Source of the DNA: a virus
Lineage: Duplodnaviria > Caudoviricetes
Strand: one strand, 5' to 3'
Virus record (IMG/VR): IMGVR_UViG_3300016665_000192
Coordinates: 1-27,219 of that record
DNA: 27,219 nt
Shown here: piece by piece, positions 1-9,066 of the stretch
Layout: each line of letters starts with the position of its first letter
Position numbering within the stretch: position 1 is the first letter of the stretch
Made by a program: the position numbers and the translations under genes
The notes under the pieces: model-generated
The model's database searches: none
Told to the model about the DNA's origin: nothing
The model's input: the letters and a program-made list of their open reading frames with translations, nothing else

Positions 1-2
1 GT

Positions 3-506
3 CATAAGTTGGAAACTGATAAAGGATATTGGTTTCTAGCATATACTGAGGATACTTTCAGTAATGGGGAAAATATTGATCAATTTGAAGGCGAAGAGCG
101 ACTTATAAAATATACTTTTAATATTAATGTAAAAGGTTATTTATTAGCTGCACAAGCTCCAACAAATGCAGTTCCAGTAAGAAGATGGATAAGTTGCCCA
201 AATATAGTATTTGATGTTGCTGTGGCGGGAGACATACAGCCCAAAGAACACTTAGAAAGACCTCCAATTAAAGATACTCCTCGTGATGGATTTACACTTA
301 CTGACATTCAAGCAGATCCCGTTGAAAAACAAACACCAACTATTAATCAAAAGTTTGTAGTCAATAAAACGTTAATTGATCCGTTGACAGGAAAAAAGAA
401 AAAGAAATACGTATCTATTTTAGATAGCAATCAAAAGAAGGGGGAAACTGCGTTTGCTGCTTCTGATATTGAAACGTTAGAAGAATATTTAATATCATCT
501 AAATAA
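3..506 (+). CDS. Tail completion/sheath-terminator protein (T4 gp15-like), C-terminal part; gene begins upstream of the window
   Basis: Frame is open from base 3 (CAT AAG TTG...), so the TTG at 9 is probably not the real start. The segment 'ERLIKYTFNINVKGYLL' resembles the C-terminal strand of gp15-like proteins. It lies directly upstream of the sheath genes. Confidence 0.55.
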   Translation, partial: HKLETDKGYWFLAYTEDTFSNGENIDQFEGEERLIKYTFNINVKGYLLAAQAPTNAVPVRRWISCPNIVFDVAVAGDIQPKEHLERPPIKDTPRDGFTLTDIQADPVEKQTPTINQKFVVNKTLIDPLTGKKKKKYVSILDSNQKKGETAFAASDIETLEEYLISSK

Positions 507-588
507 ACAGGAAATAGTAGAGTAGGTGCCCCTAATTAGAAAAAGAAAAAGGCAACAACCTCGTATCTAGATAAGAAGGACAAAATCA

Positions 589-3500
589 ATGCCACAACAA
601 CTTTTTAATTTCCCAGGCTTTTTTGATCGTGAAATCGATCTAACTGCAAGAACCTCCGGACCAGTTGGAGTCCCTGCTGGTTTGATTGGTGCAACCCTTA
701 AGGGTCCAGCATTCGTTCCATACACTCTTGGATCATTTTCCGATTTCGTAACAAAGTTTGGAGGCTATGATCCAAAGTTGCCAGCTCCATATGCTGCTGA
801 TAAGTTTTTACAAAATCGAAATGCTCTCACATTCGTAAGAGTATTGGGTGCTGGAGCAAATACAACAGCAGCCGATATATCTGCAACAGATACCGCTGGA
901 ATTGTTGCGAGTGCAGGTTTTAAAGTTAGTGGTGCTGTTGGCAATGGAACCGGTAATCGTGCCGGAGGTGCCGTTCAGTTTTTGGTTGCCAGACATAACC
1001 TACAAAACGGTCAAAGCATTGGTATGCCAATGTTTACTGATAATAACAGCTTCCCAGAAGCTGCTGATGGTGTTGGAAGCGTAAATCTTGTTCGTGGCGT
1101 AATTTTTACTGCTTCTGGTTCACGCATAATGATAATGTCAGGTTCTGGAGAAACATTTAGTCCTCTTTTAGATGACGTAACAACATACTCAACTCCAACA
1201 GACAGTGACGAACCATATTTCAAGATTGTAATCTCTACATCTCTTGGTTCAACATTTGGAAGCGCCGATGGTTTAGCGGGTATAAGAATTCTATCCGCTT
1301 CCTTTAATCCAACCTCTGATCTTTACTTTGCAAAGCTTCTTAATACAGATCCTGCAAAGTTTGAACAAGAGCAACACTATGTTTATGCAGATTTCGCAGT
1401 TGATGATGAAGTTGCTACTGTTTCAACCAGTGTAACCGGCGTTCTAATCGCTTCTGGTTCAAGTAACACTTCTAATACTTCTGGACTTGATACAACACCA
1501 TTTGTTGAACTTTTTGGTCGTTTCGATACACGTTTCACAACACCAAAAACACCAAGCTTCATCTCTCAGCCATATGGCTCAACAGAATATGATTTATTCC
1601 ACATTGAAGCAATCGATGATGGTGTTTATTCTAATGACAAGATTAAAGTTTCTATTCAAAATATCATTGCATCCACAAATCCAACATATCCATACGGCTC
1701 ATTCACACTAACAGTTCGCAGATTTGATGATACGGATTATAATCAAGCTGTTATTGAACAGTTCAATGATCTTACTCTTGATCCAGAGAGCGATAAGTAT
1801 ATTGCTAAAGTTATCGGTGATGCAAAGGCTTACTATAACTTTGACGTAGAAGATCCAAATGATCGCCGTATTATCCGTTCTGGCAAGTATCCAAATCAAT
1901 CTAACTACATTCGTGTAGTAATGAATGAAATGGTAGAACAGAAGATGGTCCCAGGAACTGTAGTTCCATTCGGATTCCGTGGTCCAAAGCTTCTTAATAC
2001 AAATCCATTGTTGACTGACGTTAGCTCCTCTGTTGCCGGACAATTGCGTTTGGCAGGAAGCGGTTCAGCAACTACATTTGGTTGCGAAGGAGCAATCGTC
2101 CCACCAGTTCCATTCCGTTTTAAGGTAACTCGTGGTGCGGTATCTGGCAGTGGTCTTGTAACTCTACCAGGCGCTCAAGAAATAACAGATGGAAGACTTT
2201 ACTGGGGCGTTAAGTTTGAGCGTAACAACAATAACGTTCTTAACACAAACATTAACAATGAAGCAAACAGAGTAATTCAATCTTTCACAAGATTTGCAGG
2301 CATTGATAAGTTGGATGTTCTTGTAACCGGTTCTGCTACAGACGACTTCAATGACAACAAGTTTACTTTGGCAAGAGTAGCACTTGGCACAACTTCATTC
2401 AGTTTTCTAACATCATCTGTTGTTACACAAATGAAAAATGCAGTATACGTCCGTAATGGAGTAGTTAACTCTTCCGACTATACTGTAACTGGTAGCTGTG
2501 TATCTGGCAACCAACTTACTTTTGCAAGTCTTATTCACAGTGGAACACAACCAATACAATTTAATAAGTTTAATAACTTTGCAAAATTCACCGTATTTAT
2601 GTATGGTGGTTTTGATGGTGTTAACATTCTAGACCAACATGCACAACGTTTTGATGATCGTTCCACCTCAACAGAATTTGGTGTTGGAGGTTACGGCGGC
2701 TCAAATGCAAATTATGAGAGCCCAGGATTTGATTTCAATCAAAATGGTGTTGGAATTGCAAACAATCAAATAAACTCTTACAGAGTAGCAACAAACATAA
2801 TAACTGATCCGATTGCATCTAATATCAATATTTTGACAATCCCTGGACAACGTGAACCATTCGTAACCGATTACGCTTCTGATGCGGCAGCAGGATTTGG
2901 TTTGGCTCTATATACGATGGACGTTCCAAATTATAACTCTGCTGGCGATAGAATATTCGACGGCACAACAACTGGAACTGGAAGCTACATTAACGTTCAA
3001 AATACAGCAGACCAATTTGATAGTCGTGCAATCAATAATGACTTTGTAGCAGCATACTTCCCAGACGTTGTAATGACAGATCCACAAAGTGGAAAGAGAG
3101 TTACTGTTCCGGCTTCTCTAGCTTCTCTAGCAGCAATCGGATATAACGACAAGGTTGCATATCCATGGTTCGCTCCAGCAGGATTCAATCGTGCAGCTCT
3201 TAACTTCGTATCTCTTACAAGAACAAGAGTAAATCAAAATGAACGTGAAAAGCTCTATCAAGTAAGAATTAACCCAATCGTTAAGTTCCCAAATGAAGGT
3301 TACGTAATCTTCGCACAGAAAACGCTAAATGCAGAACAATCTTCCCTTGAGAGCATCAACGTTCAGCGCATGGTCATGGACGTTCAACGTCAAGTTATAG
3401 ACATCGGCAACAGATTGATTTGGGAACAACTTACTCCAGCTCTTTATCAAGATTTTGTTGCTAAAGTTTCTCCAGTATTGGCATTGGTCCAATCCCGTGG

Positions 3501-3663
3501 CGGATTGAGACAGTTCAAGATTGTCTGCGATGCAACAAATAACACAGAACTTGATCGTGAAAACAATAGAATGAATGCAAAGATATACTTGCTTCCAGTT
3601 AAAGCAGTTGAGTTTATCGCAGTAGACTTTATTATCACCAGAGCAGGCGTTCAATTCGGCTGA
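589..3663 (+). CDS. Contractile tail sheath protein 1 (T4 gp18 family), 1024 aa
   Basis: N-terminal 'FPGFFDREIDL...GPAFVP'. C-terminal sheath motifs 'YPWFAPAGFNR', 'INPIVKFP', 'IFAQKTL', 'INVQR', 'FKIVCDATNNT', 'LLPVKAVEFIAVDF'. AAGGA RBS upstream. Confidence 0.95.
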   Translation: MPQQLFNFPGFFDREIDLTARTSGPVGVPAGLIGATLKGPAFVPYTLGSFSDFVTKFGGYDPKLPAPYAADKFLQNRNALTFVRVLGAGANTTAADISATDTAGIVASAGFKVSGAVGNGTGNRAGGAVQFLVARHNLQNGQSIGMPMFTDNNSFPEAADGVGSVNLVRGVIFTASGSRIMIMSGSGETFSPLLDDVTTYSTPTDSDEPYFKIVISTSLGSTFGSADGLAGIRILSASFNPTSDLYFAKLLNTDPAKFEQEQHYVYADFAVDDEVATVSTSVTGVLIASGSSNTSNTSGLDTTPFVELFGRFDTRFTTPKTPSFISQPYGSTEYDLFHIEAIDDGVYSNDKIKVSIQNIIASTNPTYPYGSFTLTVRRFDDTDYNQAVIEQFNDLTLDPESDKYIAKVIGDAKAYYNFDVEDPNDRRIIRSGKYPNQSNYIRVVMNEMVEQKMVPGTVVPFGFRGPKLLNTNPLLTDVSSSVAGQLRLAGSGSATTFGCEGAIVPPVPFRFKVTRGAVSGSGLVTLPGAQEITDGRLYWGVKFERNNNNVLNTNINNEANRVIQSFTRFAGIDKLDVLVTGSATDDFNDNKFTLARVALGTTSFSFLTSSVVTQMKNAVYVRNGVVNSSDYTVTGSCVSGNQLTFASLIHSGTQPIQFNKFNNFAKFTVFMYGGFDGVNILDQHAQRFDDRSTSTEFGVGGYGGSNANYESPGFDFNQNGVGIANNQINSYRVATNIITDPIASNINILTIPGQREPFVTDYASDAAAGFGLALYTMDVPNYNSAGDRIFDGTTTGTGSYINVQNTADQFDSRAINNDFVAAYFPDVVMTDPQSGKRVTVPASLASLAAIGYNDKVAYPWFAPAGFNRAALNFVSLTRTRVNQNEREKLYQVRINPIVKFPNEGYVIFAQKTLNAEQSSLESINVQRMVMDVQRQVIDIGNRLIWEQLTPALYQDFVAKVSPVLALVQSRGGLRQFKIVCDATNNTELDRENNRMNAKIYLLPVKAVEFIAVDFIITRAGVQFG

Positions 3664-3712
3664 TAATAATAGTTAATACAAGAGAGTTAAATATAGAAAA
3701 GGCATATAAACA

Positions 3713-6697
3713 ATGACACAGATATCATTCAAATCAGCCGGTGTTTCAGCTAGAACAATCGATCTAACAGGACCAACAGCAATACAGCCTTCTGGTATAC
3801 CAGCCGGTATTATCGGAACAGCAATCGCTGGACCAGCTTTCGTTCCTGTTACTCTAGCAACTACAAATGATTTTATAGCAACATTCGGAGAAACAACTAA
3901 CAACGTATATGTCGGTCCATTAGCTGTTTCTGAATGGTTAAGAAGTGCTCAAGCTGCTACATTCATACGTGTTCTTGGTGCTGGTTCTGGACTAGCAAGA
4001 CAAAATATTGCTCCACGTGGCAGAGTAGCAGGAGCTGGTTATGTCGTTGGAGAACAACTTCCTCAAGGCGCCGGTGATTTAGGAAATAACTCATATGCTC
4101 TTGCTGGAGGAGCCCTTGGACGCACATACTTCCTCGGCGCATTCATGAGTCAATACCAGGTAACTGGTGGTAACACAGTTGTCAGCTCATCTGTCTTTAC
4201 TGACGCAGGTTTATCTGTTTCTGGAGTTCCAGTTGTTCGTGGTGTTCTATTTGCCGCTTCTGGCACTCAACTCTTATTATCATCTTCTTTCGGCGGCGGT
4301 GTAGCTCCCGCTGGACATGTAACCGGTTCTGTTAATCTTCAAAACTCTCTTCAAGAATTCGTAATGTTTGTTTCTGGACAAACAAATACAGACCCAATGT
4401 ATCCAAACGTCATAACAGCATCTTTTGATATCGATGCTCCAAACTATTTCGGAAACATTTTCAACAGAGATCCACTTAAGCTTGAAGAAGCAGGATATCT
4501 ACTTCAAACAGATTGGGTCATTCATCCATCTCTAGCTGTAGTAACAGGAGCTAACGTAATCAGCGGTTCCGCAGCAGTTCTTAGTCTTAGAAACGCTGGA
4601 TATGAAAACGTAGCATTCCTTATTACAGGTTCACAATCTAGAAATACAGGAACTACGACTGCTCCTAACTATGAGAATTTCGAAGATCGTTACCGCACTC
4701 CAAAGAGTCCATGGATTGTTTCTCAGAAGTTTGGTGGTAAGCCAGTAAATCTCTTCCGTATTCATTCCCTTGATGACGGCATTTATGCAAACAACAAGGT
4801 AAAAATCTCCATAGAAAACATTGCTCCAAGCCTTTCAGATTCTTATCTATATGGAACATTTGACCTTCTTGTAAGAGATTTTGCAGATAATGATAAAAAG
4901 AAAGTAGTTTTAGAAGCATATCGTGGATTGTCTCTTGATCCAACTTCACCAAACTACATTGCACGTGTTATCGGTGATTACCACACCTTCTATAACTTCG
5001 ATGCAAACGAGGGAGATGCAAGATTAATCACTCTTGGAAATTATACAAATAACTCCAAATATATCCGTGTAGAAGTAGCTGACGCTGTTGATGCATCAGA
5101 CGTAGATGCAACAGCACTACCAGTTGGTTTCCGTGGTCCAGCCCACTTAGTAACATCTGGCTCTGCTCCACTTGCCGCATTTGATGCACAAAATGCGACT
5201 GGTTATTCTGTAGCAAACCCATTCAGAAATGTAGTTCAAATGCCTGTTCCATTCCGTGAGAACTTGGTAAGAGGACTATCTCCAAACGCAGTAGCCGATA
5301 AAGGATTGTATTGGGGCGTTCAGTTTGAAAGAAAGATAGACGCCACTCAACCAAATAAGAGCACAATTCGTGAATCAAGCATTGAAAGCTTTGCAGCTTA
5401 TTTCCCTGATTTCCAACAAGATTCTATTAACTTCGTTGTTATGGACAATGAAGGAACACTAGATACAACAACAAATGGTATTCTTGATGCAGATCGCTTC
5501 AATAATAACGGCTTCTCTCTTGAAAACGTTCAAATCACTATTAACTCAACAACTGGATTGGCAGATACAACACAAGTTGTAAACTGGAACTATGTAAGAA
5601 ATGGTTCTATAACTCCAACAGCAACAACCAGAGCTTTGTCTGTTGCCGATCTTACAGATCCATCAACTAGACAACTTGCCAAGTTTAACTTGTTTATTCA
5701 AGGTGGATTTGATGGCGTTAATATATTCAACTATGATGAACGTTATCTTACAAATAAGGCAGTTAATGAAGAACTAGATTTCTCTTCAAGACTTATACAA
5801 CTAGGACCAACAGTAGTTGCATACAACACAGCTCTTAACTTAATGGCTGATGCAACAGAGGTCGATGTTCAGGTTTTCGCAGTTCCAGGTATTCGTAATC
5901 CGGTTATAACCGATAGAGCCTTGGAAATTGCAGAAGCAAGATTTGATGCTATCTACATCATGGATATTGAGAAATACGACACAGTAAATCTTCTTATCAC
6001 TAGCAGCAATCAAGTTGAATCCGTAAGATATACAGCTCTTAACTTCCGTGATCGTGGCATTAATAGTTCTTTCGGAGCTTGCTACTATCCAGACGTAATA
6101 ATGCAAGATAATATCTCAAATACATTACGTGAAGTTCCATCTTCTGTAGTTGCTCTCGGCGCTTATTCTTTCAATGATTCAGTAGCATTCCCATGGTTTG
6201 CTCCAGCAGGTTTCGCAAGAGGCGCATTGGCAACAACTGAACGTTCTACATTACAACTTTCCAGAACAAACATGGATGATCTTTATGAAGTAGATATCAA
6301 TCCAATCGTTTCGTTCGCTGGTTCTGAAGGTCTTGTAATCTGGGGTCAGAAGACAATGTATGCACAACAATCTGCTCTTGACCGTGTAAACGTTCGTCGT
6401 CTACTTCTCTCTATTCGTAGACAAGTTCGTCAAGTTGCTAACCGCATTCTCTTTGAGCAAACCCTTCCAGAGACACTTGCACGCTTCTCACAACTTGTCA
6501 ATCCAATCCTACAAAGAGTTCAAAATCAACGTGGCGTTGATAGATTCCTTGTTCGTATTGATACTTCTACAACAACTCAAGCAGACTTTGAGAATAAGAC
6601 AATCCGTGGTAAGATTTTCTTACAACCAACACGCACCCTCGAATTCTTGTCTGTAGACTTCGTAATCAACAATCCAAACAACTTTGGTCAAGGCTGA
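3713..6697 (+). CDS. Contractile tail sheath protein 2 (paralogue of 589..3663), 994 aa
   Basis: Motifs 'SAGVSARTIDL...GPAFVP', 'FPWFAPAGFARG', 'INPIVSF', 'IWGQKT', 'LDRVNVRRLL', 'LQPTRTLEFLSVDF'. Collinear blocks are shared with sheath 1. Confidence 0.95.
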   Translation: MTQISFKSAGVSARTIDLTGPTAIQPSGIPAGIIGTAIAGPAFVPVTLATTNDFIATFGETTNNVYVGPLAVSEWLRSAQAATFIRVLGAGSGLARQNIAPRGRVAGAGYVVGEQLPQGAGDLGNNSYALAGGALGRTYFLGAFMSQYQVTGGNTVVSSSVFTDAGLSVSGVPVVRGVLFAASGTQLLLSSSFGGGVAPAGHVTGSVNLQNSLQEFVMFVSGQTNTDPMYPNVITASFDIDAPNYFGNIFNRDPLKLEEAGYLLQTDWVIHPSLAVVTGANVISGSAAVLSLRNAGYENVAFLITGSQSRNTGTTTAPNYENFEDRYRTPKSPWIVSQKFGGKPVNLFRIHSLDDGIYANNKVKISIENIAPSLSDSYLYGTFDLLVRDFADNDKKKVVLEAYRGLSLDPTSPNYIARVIGDYHTFYNFDANEGDARLITLGNYTNNSKYIRVEVADAVDASDVDATALPVGFRGPAHLVTSGSAPLAAFDAQNATGYSVANPFRNVVQMPVPFRENLVRGLSPNAVADKGLYWGVQFERKIDATQPNKSTIRESSIESFAAYFPDFQQDSINFVVMDNEGTLDTTTNGILDADRFNNNGFSLENVQITINSTTGLADTTQVVNWNYVRNGSITPTATTRALSVADLTDPSTRQLAKFNLFIQGGFDGVNIFNYDERYLTNKAVNEELDFSSRLIQLGPTVVAYNTALNLMADATEVDVQVFAVPGIRNPVITDRALEIAEARFDAIYIMDIEKYDTVNLLITSSNQVESVRYTALNFRDRGINSSFGACYYPDVIMQDNISNTLREVPSSVVALGAYSFNDSVAFPWFAPAGFARGALATTERSTLQLSRTNMDDLYEVDINPIVSFAGSEGLVIWGQKTMYAQQSALDRVNVRRLLLSIRRQVRQVANRILFEQTLPETLARFSQLVNPILQRVQNQRGVDRFLVRIDTSTTTQADFENKTIRGKIFLQPTRTLEFLSVDFVINNPNNFGQG

Positions 6698-6727
6698 TAA
6701 AATATCTACATATTGAAGGTATATAAA

Positions 6728-7450
6728 ATGAAAATTACTTTAGAACAGCTTAAAAAACTTATTCGTGAAGCCGTTGAAGAAACTCATGGTGGTAAACCAT
6801 ATTCTGCTGAAGAATTAATGATAGCTTTACGAGATAATCCAAATCTTGATCTTCCAGAAGAAGAGGAAGAACTTGCAAAGTCAGAAGAAGGTGAAGAAGA
6901 GGACGAAGATTACTACGATTCACGCCCAGGTGATTTTGCACGCAGAAGACTTGAAGAAGGCACTATAAGACTCATTTACACAAATCATGGTATTCTAACA
7001 GAAGAACGTGTTCGTGAATTAAAAGAATGCGGCTATGAAATGGAAGAATGTGGTTCTTGGGAAGTCGAAGGACCAAGCATGAGAACTCAACATGATGAAC
7101 CTGTAGCTAAGGTTATTATTCTCGGTCCAGGACAAGAAGATGTGCTTGAAGAAGGCGATACTTCTACTCCTGCTGATGGTGGTTCTGTAACAGGAACACA
7201 AGTTGGTAATGTTGGTCCACAAGGCATCGCAGGGTCTGCCGCATCTGCAAATCCAGGCGGAGCCAATACAGTTCACGAAGCATTTAATCGTCGTGCAGAA
7301 TCTTTATTGGAAGCATGGATGGAAGAAGAACTTCGTGGCGATCAAGATGAACTTGACGTTGCTCCTCCATATGGTGAGCTTACCGGTGCCGATTTTAAAA
7401 ATCTAGGAAAAAAATCTGCACATAAAGCAGGACACGAAAAAAAAGATTGA
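6728..7450 (+). CDS. Acidic hypothetical protein (~240 aa), possible virion/internal head protein
   Basis: ATG at 6728 follows GAAGGT and is preferred to the TTG at 6713. Begins 'MKITLEQLKKLIREAVEE', is very Glu-rich, and ends with an EF-hand-like 'LRGDQDELDVAPPYGELTGADFKNL'. Confidence 0.7.
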   Translation: MKITLEQLKKLIREAVEETHGGKPYSAEELMIALRDNPNLDLPEEEEELAKSEEGEEEDEDYYDSRPGDFARRRLEEGTIRLIYTNHGILTEERVRELKECGYEMEECGSWEVEGPSMRTQHDEPVAKVIILGPGQEDVLEEGDTSTPADGGSVTGTQVGNVGPQGIAGSAASANPGGANTVHEAFNRRAESLLEAWMEEELRGDQDELDVAPPYGELTGADFKNLGKKSAHKAGHEKKD

Positions 7451-7504
7451 TTTAGAATTCTAATTTAGAATCATATTTAAAAGAAGAATAAAGGATAAAG
7501 GATT

Positions 7505-7993
7505 ATGGCCGAAACACTATCAGTAACAGATATGTTACCTACAAAGTTTGAACCACTTATTAAAAGACGGTTCGTATTTGCTATTGAAGGCGTCGATGCA
7601 TTTTTAGTTAAGTCTGCTGCACGTCCTCAAATGACATTTGAAGAAGTTACTCTTCCATGGATTAACAGCACACGTTATATTGCTGGCAAAGGAACATGGG
7701 GCGAAATAAGCGTAACTCTTTATGATCCAATTGCTCCATCCGGCGCACAACAAGTAATGGAATGGATTCGCACATGTTTCGAATCAGTTTCTGGTCGTGC
7801 AGGTTATGCAGATTTCTATAAGCGTGATATTCAAATCAAGATGCTTGATCCAGTTGGAACAGTAGTTCAACTTTGGGACGTTAAGGGCGCTTGGTGTAAG
7901 ACTGCTAACTTTGGTGAAATGGCTTATGACGGTAATGATCCAGCAGATATCCAACTTACTATTCGTTTTGATAACTGTGTTCTACAGTTCTGA
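7505..7993 (+). CDS. Tail tube protein (T4 gp19 family), 162 aa
   Basis: Motifs 'FEP..KRRF', 'ARP', 'RYIAGKGTWGEISVTLYDPIAPSGAQQVMEW', 'GYADFYKRD', 'LDPVG.VVQLWDVKGAW'. Typical size, downstream of the sheaths, AAGGA RBS. Confidence 0.93.
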   Translation: MAETLSVTDMLPTKFEPLIKRRFVFAIEGVDAFLVKSAARPQMTFEEVTLPWINSTRYIAGKGTWGEISVTLYDPIAPSGAQQVMEWIRTCFESVSGRAGYADFYKRDIQIKMLDPVGTVVQLWDVKGAWCKTANFGEMAYDGNDPADIQLTIRFDNCVLQF

Positions 7994-8024
7994 TCTAAAC
8001 TAAAACATAGATATCCTTTCGTAG

Positions 8025-8053
8025 AAAACCTGGGAGAGTTCTCCTGGGTTTTT
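8025..8053 (+). terminator. Rho-independent terminator after the tail tube gene (possibly bidirectional)
   Basis: AAAACCTGGGAG-AGTT-CTCCTGGGTTTTT forms a stem with two G:U pairs, followed by a T tract and preceded by an A tract. Confidence 0.8.
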
Positions 8054-8066
8054 CTATTTATAGAAT

Positions 8067-8987
8067 ATGGATATGATTGAACAATCAATGAAACAATATG
8101 AGCTTATACGCAAGGGCTATCCTCGTTTGTTCTCAGATGCACAGAAGATTGCAAAGCTTATTATAAAAGCCTCTAAAAAGGATTTTGAGCCATCTAAAAC
8201 TTGGCGCTACCTACAGAGATTGAAACAAATAGAAAGCCGTAAAAAGGGTTATAGACCGGTTCCTGATATGGTTATAAACATCTTCTTGGATGCCAAGCTA
8301 ACTAGAGATGAAGAACGTGCAAAAGTAAAACAATATTATTTAAACGTTTTAAAAGCCGGACAAAAACATATTAATGATATGTCCTTGCTAAAGGAATATG
8401 TTAGATTGATTCTAGAAGATGTTGCTCCTAAATTAGCGCCGGCAAAAAAAGGAGATATTGTAAACGTTTCAACAAATAATGATACGGCTATATCTGTAGC
8501 TCCAGACGTTTCAGATTTAGTTAATAAGACATATGGAGGCATGGGAGGATTCCCTGGTGCAGATACTCCAGAAGGCGTATTAAGCAGATTTACAGACTTT
8601 TATTTGTCTGACGTAGATGAAGATCCAGAACCAGATGCAGGTATATTATATACTGATTGGAAAGGTTCTAAAAAAGCTTCTGCTCTTGTAACTGATGGTG
8701 GTCCAGAGTCAAAGCTTAAACTAAGAGATATGATGAATTCATTTTTTAATCAAAATGGTTCATGGATAGAAGTTTCTGGAGCACCAGCAAATATTCTTAT
8801 AAGCAAAATGGGAATGCCAACAGTTGATGATGAAGAGACGGTAAGAAAACTTTTACCTCAAATAAAAGACTTAAAATGGCATGGAAAGCATCCAGAAGGA
8901 ATTGCTTATGGTAATGGCTGGTATACAAGAAATATTGCCGGTCATGATGAAACAAAGATTATTGTTGGAAATCCTCCAGGCGTATAA
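8067..8987 (+). CDS. Hypothetical protein, 306 aa, apparently two modules (second starts at Met105, nt 8379)
   Basis: Long ORF filling the gap between tube and chaperone. A basic helical N-terminal part is followed by 'MSLLKEYVRLILE' and a globular domain ('DVDEDPEPDA', 'WIEVSG', 'GWYTRNIAG..TKIIVG'). Confidence 0.75.
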   Translation: MDMIEQSMKQYELIRKGYPRLFSDAQKIAKLIIKASKKDFEPSKTWRYLQRLKQIESRKKGYRPVPDMVINIFLDAKLTRDEERAKVKQYYLNVLKAGQKHINDMSLLKEYVRLILEDVAPKLAPAKKGDIVNVSTNNDTAISVAPDVSDLVNKTYGGMGGFPGADTPEGVLSRFTDFYLSDVDEDPEPDAGILYTDWKGSKKASALVTDGGPESKLKLRDMMNSFFNQNGSWIEVSGAPANILISKMGMPTVDDEETVRKLLPQIKDLKWHGKHPEGIAYGNGWYTRNIAGHDETKIIVGNPPGV

Positions 8988-9006
8988 TTTGATTAGATAT
9001 TCTGAT

Positions 9007-9035
9007 TTAGACAAAGTAAGCTGACGTTATACAAT
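9007..9035 (+). promoter_or_regulatory. Putative sigma70-type promoter upstream of the gp26-like gene
   Basis: TAGACA (9008-9013), 16 nt, TACAAT (9030-9035), followed by a GGAGG RBS at 9054-9058. Confidence 0.45.
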
Positions 9036-9066
9036 TGAAGAGTTATATCAATTGGAGGAAGAAATA

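Noticed and set aside
808-6656. Many 60-110-aa alternative-frame ORFs inside the sheath genes
   Set aside because: Fully nested in well-supported genes, with atypical composition and no initiation signals.
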